A DNA stretch of 64,000 nucleotides from Sandaracinaceae bacterium (lineage in GTDB: Bacteria; Myxococcota_A; Polyangia; Polyangiales; Sandaracinaceae): assembly GCA_044220955.1 (NCBI GenBank), contig JBGAQA010000019.1, forward strand, positions 26,618 to 90,617, written 5' to 3'. Positions within the stretch are counted from its first letter, which is position 1; the number at the start of each line of letters is the position of its first letter. This document shows, in pieces, positions 44,246 to 53,375 of the stretch. The notes below the pieces were generated by a model. That model searched no databases and was not told the DNA's origin. It was given only the letters and a program-made list of their open reading frames with translations. The position numbers were made by a program, and so were the translations under genes.

Positions 44246-44737
44246 ATGCGACCCGCACTGCCGGACAAGCTCTTCTTCCGCATCGGCGAGGTGGCGGATC
44301 TCGTGGGTGTGCGTGCGCACGTCCTGCGCTACTGGGAAGAGGAGTTCGGGATCCTCAAGCCGATGAAGACCCGCGGCGCGCACCGGCAGTTCCGCCGGCG
44401 CGACGTGGAGCTCGCGCTGGTCATCAAGCGCCTGCTCCAGGACGAGGGGTTCACGATCGCGGGCGCGCGCCGCAAGCTGCGCGAGCTCGGCCACGTGGAG
44501 GTCGAGGCGGGCGTGGCGCGACCGGAGGAGCAGGGCGTCACCCTGCGCGCGGAGCTGGTCACGCTGCGATCGGAGCTCGCGGGACTGCTCGCCCGGCTCG
44601 ACGGGCTCGGCGCGCGGCGAGCCCCGGTCGTGCTGCTCGACGAGCCTGCGGCCGCGCCCGCGGCGCGCGAGCGTCCACTCTCCCCGGCCCGGCCGGCGAT
44701 CGCCCTCGCGAGCCGTGAGCGGCGCGTCGAGGAGTGA
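44246..44737 (+). CDS. MerR family transcriptional regulator
   Basis: [35 protein letters not shown]; conserved position after ihfA. Confidence 0.9.
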   Translation: MRPALPDKLFFRIGEVADLVGVRAHVLRYWEEEFGILKPMKTRGAHRQFRRRDVELALVIKRLLQDEGFTIAGARRKLRELGHVEVEAGVARPEEQGVTLRAELVTLRSELAGLLARLDGLGARRAPVVLLDEPAAAPAARERPLSPARPAIALASRERRVEE

Positions 44738-44744
44738 ATGCCGC

Positions 44745-44772
44745 TTGCTCCGCGGGCAATTGTGGGTATGGT
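44745..44772 (+). promoter_or_regulatory. Sigma70-type promoter upstream of tRNA-Pro
   Basis: TTGCTC-N16-TATGGT. Confidence 0.45.
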
Positions 44773-44823
44773 GCGGCCCCTCTCCGGCTCGCGGAGGGGA
44801 CGATCGATTTTCCGGCTAGTTTC

Positions 44824-44898
44824 CGGGGCGTAGCGCAGCCTGGTTAGCGCACCAGACTGGGGGTCTGGGAGTCGTGGGTTCGAATCCCGCCGCCCCGA
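44824..44898 (+). tRNA. tRNA-Pro (GGG)
   Basis: Acceptor CGGGGCG/CGCCCCG; anticodon arm CCAGA-CTGGGGG-TCTGG; T loop GGTTCGAATCC; CCA not encoded. Confidence 0.97.
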
Positions 44899-44958
44899 TC
44901 GCAGAGGGAAGACACGCGGGGCCGCACGAGGCGGCTCCGCTGGGCCCTTTCAGGTGAC

Positions 44959-45765
44959 ATGACTCGGGCCCTCATCGTTCTGTCCAACGACGACGGCGTG
45001 CACGCCGAAGGACTGCGGGCGCTCCACGCGGAGCTGAGCTCCTTCGCGGACGTCGTGGTCGTCGCGCCGCTGCAGGAGCAGAGCGCGAACAGCCACTCGC
45101 TGACGCTCGCGCGCCCGCTGCGTCACCGCGAGATCGACGGCTTCCACGCGGTGGACGGGACGCCCGCCGACTGCATCTACGTCGCGCTCTACGGCGATCG
45201 CTTCCTCGCGCGCCCGCCGGACGCCGTGGTGAGCGGCATCAACCACGGCTACAACCTCGGCAGCGATACCTTCTACTCGGGGACCGTCGCGGCCGCGCGC
45301 GAGGGAGCGCTGCGCGGCGTCCCGGCCATCGCCTTCTCCCTCGGGATGGGTCGCGTCGAGACGGCCATCCGCCCCACGGGCGAGAAGCCGACGATGAGCG
45401 GCCTGGCTCCGATCGCCGGGCGCCTCACGCGACGGTTCCTCGACGCCACGCGCGGCGTGCCCTTCGAGGCGGGCGCGCCGCTCCTCAACGTGAACTTCCC
45501 GGCCGGCTTCGCGGCGCCGCTCGGCGTCCGGCCCACGCGCCTCGGGCGTCGCCGCTACACCGACGAGGTCGAGGTGCGCGAAGATCCGCGCGGCCGCGAG
45601 TACCTCTGGATCGGCGGGCCGAACGCGTTCCACGATCCGGCGCCCGGATCGGACACCGAGGCCGTCGACGAGGGCTACGTGTCGGTCACGCCGCTCGCGC
45701 TCGACGCCACGCGACAGGAGCACGCGCCGCTCGCGACGCGCATCGCCCAGGAGGAACTACCATGA
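44959..45765 (+). CDS. surE: 5'/3'-nucleotidase SurE
   Basis: LSNDDG, VDGTPADC, SGINHG.N, YSGTVAAA and SVTPL motifs. Confidence 0.96.
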   Translation: MTRALIVLSNDDGVHAEGLRALHAELSSFADVVVVAPLQEQSANSHSLTLARPLRHREIDGFHAVDGTPADCIYVALYGDRFLARPPDAVVSGINHGYNLGSDTFYSGTVAAAREGALRGVPAIAFSLGMGRVETAIRPTGEKPTMSGLAPIAGRLTRRFLDATRGVPFEAGAPLLNVNFPAGFAAPLGVRPTRLGRRRYTDEVEVREDPRGREYLWIGGPNAFHDPAPGSDTEAVDEGYVSVTPLALDATRQEHAPLATRIAQEELP

Positions 45766-46274
45766 AGCTCGAGCCCTTCGTCCACGACGTCCCCGACTTC
45801 CCGAAGCCCGGCGTCGTCTTCAAGGACATCACGCCGCTGCTCGCGAGCCCCGAGGCGTTCCGCGCCGCGATCGACGGCCTCGCGGGGCACGCGCGCGACC
45901 TCGGCGCCGAGACGATCGTCGCCATCGAGTCGCGTGGCTTCCTCTTCGGCGCCCCGCTCGCGACCACGCTCGGGCTACCCTTCGTCCCGGTCCGCAAGCC
46001 CGGCAAGCTCCCGCGGGCGCGCTTCCGCGAGGAGTACGCCCTCGAGTACGGCACGGACGCGCTCGAGATGCACCGCGACGCGATCCGCCAGGGCACGCGG
46101 ACGGTGGTCGTGGACGACGTGCTCGCGACCGGCGGCACGGCCGCTGCGGTGCTCTCGCTCGTGCGTCGCGCCGGCGGCCATCCCGTGGGCGCGCTCTTCC
46201 TCATCGAGCTCGCCTTCCTCGGCGGCACCGAGAAGCTCGGCGGGGTCCCCGCCCGCGCGCTGCTCCGCTACTGA
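45762..46274 (+). CDS. apt: Adenine phosphoribosyltransferase
   Basis: PDFPKPGVVFKDITPLL, IESRGF, RKPGKLP, YALEYG and VDDVLATGGT motifs. Confidence 0.97.
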   Translation: MKLEPFVHDVPDFPKPGVVFKDITPLLASPEAFRAAIDGLAGHARDLGAETIVAIESRGFLFGAPLATTLGLPFVPVRKPGKLPRARFREEYALEYGTDALEMHRDAIRQGTRTVVVDDVLATGGTAAAVLSLVRRAGGHPVGALFLIELAFLGGTEKLGGVPARALLRY

Positions 46275-46307
46275 TCGATCGCGCGGCAGTGCTATATCGA
46301 CGGTCAC

Positions 46308-46381
46308 GCTCCCGTAGCTCAGCTGGATAGAGCAATCGCTTCCTAAGCGAGAGGTCGTAGGTTCGATTCCCACCGGGAGCG
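46308..46381 (+). tRNA. tRNA-Arg (CCT)
   Basis: Acceptor GCTCCCG/CGGGAGC; D arm AGCTCAGCTGGATAGAGC; anticodon loop TTCCTAA; T loop GGTTCGATTCC; CCA not encoded. Confidence 0.93.
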
Positions 46382-46420
46382 CTTGATGCCTCGCCGAGCG
46401 CCGTGAGAGCGTGAAGCGGC

Positions 46421-48265
46421 GTGAAGCTCCGTCGCTCGATCCTCGTGGCGGCGCTCGCCCTCGCGGTGGGGTGCGAGGGCGGAGCCGCGCCGGCCGTGGA
46501 CGCGGGGGGCGATGCGTCCGCCACGCCCTTTGCGTCGCTGCCCGTGCTGACGCCGTGTCCGGACGGCTGGACCGAGGTGCGGGACGCCACGGGGCTCGTG
46601 ACGTGCGACCCCTGGGGCGGGGCTGGCTACCAGGGCGATGCCTGCGCCTTCGACGAGGCGCACTTCCCGGGCGCGCCCGGCTGCGCACGCGTCGGCCCAC
46701 CCTGCCCCGCCGACGGATGGCCCGCCGATCTGCCGTCGGACCGCGCCGTGGTCTTCGTCGACGACGACGCCGCGCTCGGCGGAGACGGGCGCAGCCGCGC
46801 GACGGCCTACCGCACGATCGCCGACGCGCTCGCGACGGCGCCCGACGCCGCGGTGGTGGCGCTCGCCGTGGGCCACTACGACGAGTACGTCTCGCTCGAC
46901 CACGGCGTCGCGCTCGTGGGCGCCTGCGTGGACGGTTCGCGCATCACCTGCACCAGCGTGTCCGACACGCTCCCGACGCTGCACATGCACGACGGGACGA
47001 GCGCGCGCGACCTCGGCCTCGAGGCGCCCCGCCGCGTGGGCGTCGCCGCGCTGGTCCCCGGCTCGGTGACGCTCACGAACGTGGTCGTTTCGCACGCGGA
47101 GCGCGTCGGGCTCTGGGTGGCGATGGGCAGCGTGGCGGCCACGGACGTCGTCGTGCGGGGCACCGTGCCCGGCGGCAGCGCGGATCTCGGCGACGCCGTC
47201 CTGGTCCGCGCCGGCGGGACCCTCACGGCCGACGGCCTCGTGGCCGACGCGAGCGCCGACGTCGGGCTCTACCTGCCAGATGCCGCGACGCTCACGGTGC
47301 AGCGAGGTGTCGTGCACGGCCCGCCGAGCGTCGCGCCCGGGCTCGGCAGCGGGATCACCATGAGCGCGGGCGCGCAGGCGACGCTCTCGCGCTCCGCATT
47401 CGAGGCCTCGCAGGGCGGCGCGTTGCTCGCCGTCGGAGCGACAACCTCGCTCCGGATGACCGACGTGCTCGTCCACGCGACCTACGGCGAGGTCGGCGAG
47501 GTGCGCGACGGCGCCAGCTTGACGCTGGTGCGAGTCGTGATCGACGGCGGCGAGATCCTCGGACTGTCCGTGAAGCGCGCGGGGACCCTCCTCGACGCGA
47601 GCGACCTCGTGCTCCGCGGGATCGCCCCCGCGCCCGACACGAGCTTCGGGGCAGGCATGCAGGTCGTGCTCGGTGCGCACGCCACCCTCGCGCGCACGCG
47701 GATCGAGGACGTGCACACCGCCGGCCTGATCGCGAGCGAGACGGACACGGCGATCGATGCGACCGATCTCGTCGTCCGGGACGTGCACGTGCAGGTCTCC
47801 GACGGGAGCGGCGGCGTGGGGATCTGGTCGCAGCGCTCCGCCACGGTCACGCTGACCCGCGCGCGCGTCGAGGACGTGTCCGAGGCCGGTGTCGCGTCGC
47901 TGACGAGCTCGCGCGTGCTCGCCTCCGAGCTCTCGGTCCTCCGCGTCGGTGCCGCGAGCTGCCCGGCCGGCATCTGCACCGGGACCATCGGAGGACACGG
48001 GCTGCTCGCGACGCTCGGGGGGACGATCTCGGCGACCTCCTTCTCGATCGAGGACGCGAGCCTCTGCGGCGTCCTCGTCGGTGGCGACGGCATGCTCGTT
48101 CCGACCGGACTCGACCTCTCGCGCGGGACCATCACGCGCGCCCCGGTCGGTGCGTGCGTGCAGGCGCCGGGCTTCGACGTCGAGCGCCTGCACGATCGTG
48201 TCGAGTACGCCGAGGTCGGCGTGCCGCTCCAGGCGACGAGCTACGTGCTGCCGACCTCGCTCTGA
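46421..48265 (+). CDS. Lipoprotein with right-handed beta-helix-like repeats
   Basis: Lipobox LAVGC; GDGRSRATAYRTIADAL motif typical of pectin-lyase-fold N-termini; repeated beta units. Confidence 0.8.
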   Translation: MKLRRSILVAALALAVGCEGGAAPAVDAGGDASATPFASLPVLTPCPDGWTEVRDATGLVTCDPWGGAGYQGDACAFDEAHFPGAPGCARVGPPCPADGWPADLPSDRAVVFVDDDAALGGDGRSRATAYRTIADALATAPDAAVVALAVGHYDEYVSLDHGVALVGACVDGSRITCTSVSDTLPTLHMHDGTSARDLGLEAPRRVGVAALVPGSVTLTNVVVSHAERVGLWVAMGSVAATDVVVRGTVPGGSADLGDAVLVRAGGTLTADGLVADASADVGLYLPDAATLTVQRGVVHGPPSVAPGLGSGITMSAGAQATLSRSAFEASQGGALLAVGATTSLRMTDVLVHATYGEVGEVRDGASLTLVRVVIDGGEILGLSVKRAGTLLDASDLVLRGIAPAPDTSFGAGMQVVLGAHATLARTRIEDVHTAGLIASETDTAIDATDLVVRDVHVQVSDGSGGVGIWSQRSATVTLTRARVEDVSEAGVASLTSSRVLASELSVLRVGAASCPAGICTGTIGGHGLLATLGGTISATSFSIEDASLCGVLVGGDGMLVPTGLDLSRGTITRAPVGACVQAPGFDVERLHDRVEYAEVGVPLQATSYVLPTSL

Positions 48266-48315
48266 GCAGCCCCGATCGGGTATCGTCGCGCGTAGCTCGT
48301 CCGGAGGAGGCCCCC

Positions 48316-49416
48316 ATGCGCATCGCGCTCTCGCTCGCCACGCTCGCCCTCATCAGCGCGGCGGCGCTCGGCTGCAGCTGCTCCACCGGCGCGCACGGCG
48401 GGCCGCGTCGAGACGCGGGCGACGCGGGCGGCGGCTCGAGCGACATGGGCTCCGGCACCGGGCAGGACGCGTGGCCCGTCGACGTGAACTACCACCCCTT
48501 CGACGGGCCGGTGCTCCCGCGGGACGCGTACCTCGTGCCCGACCCCGACGCTTTCTTCGCGAGCGATCCGCCGCCGATGACCTGCTACCCGGACGGCGGG
48601 ATGGGCCCCTGGCCGGATCCGCCGGGAGGCACGCCGGAGTGCCCGGACGACCGGAACCGCGAGGGCTGCCGCTGCGGATCGGTCGGCACGACGGCCGCGT
48701 GCTGGCCCGGCCACCGGCGCAACCGGATGCGCGGCATCTGCCACGACGGCACCACGACGTGCATGCCCTACGACGAGTTCGGCGGGCAGTGGGGCCCCTG
48801 CGTCGGCGCGCAGCTCCCCACACCCGGCGCCACCCGCGGGCGGGAGGCGTGCGAGTGCTTCTCGGTGGGCCGCTGGGCGATCGACAACCTGAGCCCCTGC
48901 TTCGTCGACTACGGCTCCGGCGGCACGTGGGCCGTGAGCACGTACATCGACGGCGCGGGACGCGCGCAGTGCCCGACCGTGTCGGGGTCACCTCCGCCGG
49001 CGCCGATGGCAGGCACGACGTGGAGCACCGACTCGCTCACGGTCGACTGCGCGGGGCAGTTCCACCTCTGCTACACGCTGCGCGCGGGCAACGCGATGAC
49101 GCCGCACGACACCGACTGCGTGGTCGCGGAGACCTGCGTGGACACCTGGTACCCGACCGCCGGCGCAACCCAGCCGCTGCCGCCGCTGCCGGCGTGGACG
49201 GGCTCGAGCTCTTCGTGCGCGACGCAGTTCGCCACGACGGGCGGCTACGGCGAGATGAGCGTCCAGGGCCTCTCGATCGAGTGCGACGACATCAGCGACG
49301 GCTCCGGCGCGCGCTTCGTCTTCAACCGCGTCAACTACTGCCCGCTCTCCTGCAACACCACTCCGACGGCGCCCGAGTGCGTGAACTGCATGATGGGCGG
49401 CTCGGGCACGTTCTGA
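48316..49416 (+). CDS. Cys-rich secreted protein or lipoprotein, hypothetical
   Basis: GGAGG RBS; signal peptide ending ALGCSC; many Cys; GICHDGTTTC..WGPCVG motif. Confidence 0.75.
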   Translation: MRIALSLATLALISAAALGCSCSTGAHGGPRRDAGDAGGGSSDMGSGTGQDAWPVDVNYHPFDGPVLPRDAYLVPDPDAFFASDPPPMTCYPDGGMGPWPDPPGGTPECPDDRNREGCRCGSVGTTAACWPGHRRNRMRGICHDGTTTCMPYDEFGGQWGPCVGAQLPTPGATRGREACECFSVGRWAIDNLSPCFVDYGSGGTWAVSTYIDGAGRAQCPTVSGSPPPAPMAGTTWSTDSLTVDCAGQFHLCYTLRAGNAMTPHDTDCVVAETCVDTWYPTAGATQPLPPLPAWTGSSSSCATQFATTGGYGEMSVQGLSIECDDISDGSGARFVFNRVNYCPLSCNTTPTAPECVNCMMGGSGTF

Positions 49417-49422
49417 CCCGCG

Positions 49423-49833
49423 ATGGCCTGGACGCCCGACGAGAACGACTCGCCGTTCGCGCGCATCGGCGGTGAAGAGGCCGTCCGCGCGCTCGCCGAG
49501 GCGTTCTACGACGCGATGGACGCGCACGAGCCCGCGCTGGCGAAGCTCCACCCGCTGGACGCGCAGGGGAAGGTCAGCCGCACGTCCCGCGATCGGTTCG
49601 CCACGTTCCTCGTGGAGTGGCTCGGGGGGCCGCGCATCTACTCCAGCGTGCACGGCCACCCGCGCCTGCGCATGCGTCACGGGAGCGTGCCGGTCGACGT
49701 CGCGATGCGCGACGCCTGGCTCCGGGCGATGGCGCGCGCGATGGACGCGCGGGCGATCGAGGGCGAGGCGCGCGTCTACCTCGAGGCGCGCTTCGCCGAG
49801 GTCGCCGACTTCATGCGCAACGTCCAGGGCTGA
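49423..49833 (+). CDS. Group II truncated hemoglobin
   Basis: IGGEEAVRAL..FYD.M; WLGGP..Y...GHPRLRMRH; RDAWL. Confidence 0.93.
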   Translation: MAWTPDENDSPFARIGGEEAVRALAEAFYDAMDAHEPALAKLHPLDAQGKVSRTSRDRFATFLVEWLGGPRIYSSVHGHPRLRMRHGSVPVDVAMRDAWLRAMARAMDARAIEGEARVYLEARFAEVADFMRNVQG

Positions 49834-49917
49834 TCGGCCGGGTGCCCCGGGGGCGTGAGGGCGCGTCGCCTCGCGCGGGCCCCTCGTCTTTTTCACCGGT
49901 CCATGTACGCTGGGACC

Positions 49918-51015
49918 GTGGAACCGAGGCCGCTCGCCGCCCTGACCGCGCTCGCGGCCCTGCTCGCCGTGGGAGGATGCAGCGTCGACACGTCTCCCTC
50001 GCGCGCCGCTCCCCCCGGCGGGACGGTGGCGGTCCTGCGCCCGGCCGGCGACGGAGGGCACGCCGACGCGGGCGTGCCGGGCGGCGACGCGGCGCCCGGG
50101 ATCGACGCGGCCATGCCGCCCAGGGTCACGATCACGGCGCCCGCCGACGGCGCGTCGTTCGCCCGCGACACGGTCGAGGCCTCGGAGTGGGTCGCGCCGG
50201 TCGCGTTCCAGGTCGCCTCGAGCGGCGTCGCGCGCGTGGAGCTGGTCGCGGCCGGGACCTCCCTCGGAGACGCCGATGCCAGCGGGGCCCTCTCCTACTC
50301 GTTCCACGCGGACGGCACGCTCACGATCGACGCCATCGGGCGCGACGCCGCGGGCGCCGAGATCACGCGCGACTCCATCTCGATCACCCTCACGGCGCCC
50401 GTCGACACGGGCTGCCACGCGATGCTCGACGCGCTCGGGCTCGACTGGGCGGTCGCGCCTGCGACGCGCGGCATCGCCGACCCCGTGCGCGTCCAGCCCC
50501 TCATCGGCGGCGTGTCGTACCGCTACACCACGAGCGCCACGGCGAGCGCGATGCTCATGGACTGCGAGCTCGCGCCCCGCCTCTACCAGCTGTCTCAGCT
50601 CGCGTCGTCGTACGGGATCGTCGAGATCGAGCACATCGGCATCTACAACTACCGGTGCATCGGCGGCGGCAACCCCGACACGGACATGTGCACGCCGAGC
50701 ATGCACGCCTACGCGCGCGCCATCGACCTCCGTGCGTTCAACCTCGCGGACGGCACCTCGTACGACGTCACGACCGACTTCGTGATCACGACGCGCCACG
50801 ACAGCTGTCCGATCCCCTCGTCATCGGAGGCCGACCGCGTGCTGAAGGCGATCGCGTGCGCGCTGGTCGCCGACCGGACCTTCCAGATCGTGCTCACGCC
50901 CAACTACAACGCAGACCACCGCGACCACTTCCACTGCGATCTGACCGAGGGCTCGATGTACCTCGGGGCCGGCGCGTGGGGCGTCGACCCCGTGATCGAG
51001 GGTCTCGGCGACTGA
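49918..51015 (+). CDS. Lipoprotein with an Ig-like domain and Extensin-like C-terminal (peptidase MD clan) domain
   Basis: Lipobox VGGC; V.ITAPADGA Ig motif; G.YNYRC..SMHAYARAID..LTPNYNADHRDHFHCD; alternative start 49903. Confidence 0.8.
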   Translation: MEPRPLAALTALAALLAVGGCSVDTSPSRAAPPGGTVAVLRPAGDGGHADAGVPGGDAAPGIDAAMPPRVTITAPADGASFARDTVEASEWVAPVAFQVASSGVARVELVAAGTSLGDADASGALSYSFHADGTLTIDAIGRDAAGAEITRDSISITLTAPVDTGCHAMLDALGLDWAVAPATRGIADPVRVQPLIGGVSYRYTTSATASAMLMDCELAPRLYQLSQLASSYGIVEIEHIGIYNYRCIGGGNPDTDMCTPSMHAYARAIDLRAFNLADGTSYDVTTDFVITTRHDSCPIPSSSEADRVLKAIACALVADRTFQIVLTPNYNADHRDHFHCDLTEGSMYLGAGAWGVDPVIEGLGD

Positions 51016-51118
51016 GCTGGAGGGCCTCCGAGCGTGACGTCTCGATCTGGAGCGCGCGCCTCCGGCGCCGCCTGCCTCGATCTGGATCTTCGTCTCGCCG
51101 CCTCGATACGATCCGCTC

Positions 51119-51577
51119 GTGACCTCCAAGACGGCGGACCGCATGCGGCCGCTCAAGCCTCCGGTGCGGGTCCGGCCCGGCGCCCTTCTCCGTGCTCGCA
51201 GCGGGTGGGCGCTCGGCGCGCGCGCCGTCGACGAGCTCTACCGCGTCGCGGAGGTGCTCTCCGAGGGGCGCTGCGAGGCAGGCACCTTCTTCGGGACGAC
51301 GCTCGTCACCATCGAGCTCTCTCGGGCGCTCGTCGGCCTCGGCCTCGAGGGCGACGAGGTGATGCTCGGGCGCGTGAGCGACGCGATCCGCGGATCGGTG
51401 CGGGTGCGGCTGCGCGCGATGCGGCTCGCCGAGGAGGATCTCGCGCGCCGCTTCCCCGACCGCGTCATCGGAACCGCCCGGATCGAGACGCGATTCCGCG
51501 TCGAGGGGACGCGGCTGCTCATGGACCTGGATCTCGAGGCGCCGATCGGCGGAAGCTCGACGGCGGTGGGGAGCTGA
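51119..51577 (+). CDS. Hypothetical protein
   Basis: Coding bias; stop overlaps the next start (TGATG). Confidence 0.65.
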   Translation: MTSKTADRMRPLKPPVRVRPGALLRARSGWALGARAVDELYRVAEVLSEGRCEAGTFFGTTLVTIELSRALVGLGLEGDEVMLGRVSDAIRGSVRVRLRAMRLAEEDLARRFPDRVIGTARIETRFRVEGTRLLMDLDLEAPIGGSSTAVGS

Positions 51578-52569
51578 TGGCGGTCGAGGGCAAGGTCATC
51601 CACGTCGAGTTCGGACCCGGCGGCGGGCGTCGTGTCGTGCCAGCCCCGACCGAGCGCGACGACGCGACGCTCGACGCCCCCGCGCGGCGCCGCGACCCCA
51701 CCGGCGACCTCTTCGGCCGCCCCGAGGTGTCGCGCCTGTTCGGCATCCCCGAGAGCCGCCTGCGCTACTGGGAGCGGAGCGGGTTCCTGCCCCCGACCGG
51801 CGAGGCGGGGAGCAGGAAGCTCTACACGTTCCAGGATCTCATCGGCATCCGCGCGGCCAAGGGCCTGCTCGAGCGCGGCGTGTCGATCCGCCGCGTGCGC
51901 AAGACCGTCGAGGCGCTGAAGAGGTCGCTCCCCAACGTCGTGCGCCCCCTCGCCGAGCTCCGCATCGTGGCCGACGGACAGAGCATCGTCGTGCAGGCCG
52001 AGCGCGCGCGCTGGGAGCCCCAGACCGGCCAGCTCCTGCTCGACTTCGACGTCGGCGCGCTCCGCGAGGAGGTGGTGCGGGTGCTGCGTCCGCGCGCGCT
52101 CGACCCCGAGCGCCGCCGCGCCGCGTACGAGGCCTACCTCGAGGGGTGCCGCTTCGACGAGGACGCCGTGACGATGGACCGCGCGGAGGTGGCGTATCGC
52201 CGCGCGATCGAGCTCGACGCGACGCTCGCGCACGCGCTGACGAACCTCGGCAACCTGCGCTTCCGCCGTGGCGACGGCGTCGAGGCGGAGGCGCTCTACC
52301 GGCGGGCGCTCGCGGTCGACGCGGCGCAGCCGGAGGCCTGGTACAACCTCGGCTTCCTCGCGTACGAGCGCGCCGACGCCCAGGAGGCCGCGCAGTACTT
52401 CGATCGCGCGATCGCGAGCGACCCGAGCTTCGCCGACGCGCACTTCAACCTCGCCATGGCCCTCGAGGAGCTCGGGCGCGGGCGCGAGGCGCGCGAGCAC
52501 TGGGAGGTCTACCTGGCGCTCGACCCGAGCGGCCGCTGGGCCGACATCGCGCGCAAGCACCTGGGCTGA
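51577..52569 (+). CDS. MerR-type HTH plus TPR protein
   Basis: EVSRLFGIPESRLRYWERSG..YTFQDL; WEPQTGQLLLDF; TPRs (LTNLGNL, AWYNLG, AHFNLA). Confidence 0.88.
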   Translation: MAVEGKVIHVEFGPGGGRRVVPAPTERDDATLDAPARRRDPTGDLFGRPEVSRLFGIPESRLRYWERSGFLPPTGEAGSRKLYTFQDLIGIRAAKGLLERGVSIRRVRKTVEALKRSLPNVVRPLAELRIVADGQSIVVQAERARWEPQTGQLLLDFDVGALREEVVRVLRPRALDPERRRAAYEAYLEGCRFDEDAVTMDRAEVAYRRAIELDATLAHALTNLGNLRFRRGDGVEAEALYRRALAVDAAQPEAWYNLGFLAYERADAQEAAQYFDRAIASDPSFADAHFNLAMALEELGRGREAREHWEVYLALDPSGRWADIARKHLG

Positions 52570-52579
52570 TGGGCCCGGC

Positions 52580-53284
52580 TCAGAACGTCAGCTCGGCGCT
52601 CAGACCCTGCGCGCTGGCCGTCACCATCGGCGAGACGCGCAGCGCGTACCCCGGCGCAGGCTCGAGCACGACCGAGTCCTCGCCGATCGCGCCGAAGATG
52701 AGCATCACGAGGCCGCCGGCCTGGATCAGGCCCTCGACGGCCAGCCAGGCGAACATGCCCACGTCCGCGTTCGGCCAGAGATAGCCCATCTCCACCCAGG
52801 GTCCGAGCACGGGCACCCAGCTCCAGTTGAAGAAGGCGCTCGCGGAGCCGTCCGACGTCCACGAGCAGCCGCCGCCGAGGCCGCAGCCGACCGCGCCGCC
52901 GACCACCACGATCGTGCCGGTGACCCACGTGAGCAGCCAGCCGCCGGCGAGCAGGCCGATGCCGCCGCCGAGCAGGCCGCCCGAGATGTGGTGGCGCGTG
53001 GTCTCCACCATGCAGGTCGCCCGACCGTACGCGTCGACCTGGAGCTGCGAGCCGGCCGGACACTGCGGCTGCGCGGGCGCGCTCGGCGTCACGTACACCG
53101 ACTGTGGCTGCGGCGTCGGAGTCGTCACGTACACCTGCGCCTGAGGCGGAGGCGGCGCGGCGCTGGTCGACGGCACCTCCTGGATGATGATCTGCCCCTG
53201 CACGGTCGTCTGCGCGGCCGCGATCGACGGGAGCACACAGGACGAGAGAACCGCGAACACCAGAGCCGAGCGCGTGCGCGTCAT
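52580..53284 (-). CDS. Hypothetical exported/membrane protein
   Basis: GGAGG RBS; signal peptide; Pro-rich linker; Gly-rich hydrophobic segments with VPVLGPW; terminal Phe. Confidence 0.72.
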   Translation of the reverse strand: MTRTRSALVFAVLSSCVLPSIAAAQTTVQGQIIIQEVPSTSAAPPPPQAQVYVTTPTPQPQSVYVTPSAPAQPQCPAGSQLQVDAYGRATCMVETTRHHISGGLLGGGIGLLAGGWLLTWVTGTIVVVGGAVGCGLGGGCSWTSDGSASAFFNWSWVPVLGPWVEMGYLWPNADVGMFAWLAVEGLIQAGGLVMLIFGAIGEDSVVLEPAPGYALRVSPMVTASAQGLSAELTF

Positions 53285-53375
53285 GAAACCTCCTCGCGAG
53301 GACGTCGCCCCTCGACGTCCCCGAGAGCGTAGCGCCCCGCGGCCCACAACTCCACGCCGGTGCTAGCCTGGGCCC

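Noticed and set aside
46411..48315. N-terminal extension of the 1001-aa ORF
   Set aside because: Overlaps the real 46421..48265 gene in another frame; the true start is the ATG at 48316 with a GGAGG RBS
46382..51015. Genomic island integrated at tRNA-Arg
   Set aside because: No integrase, no visible att repeat and no evident compositional shift
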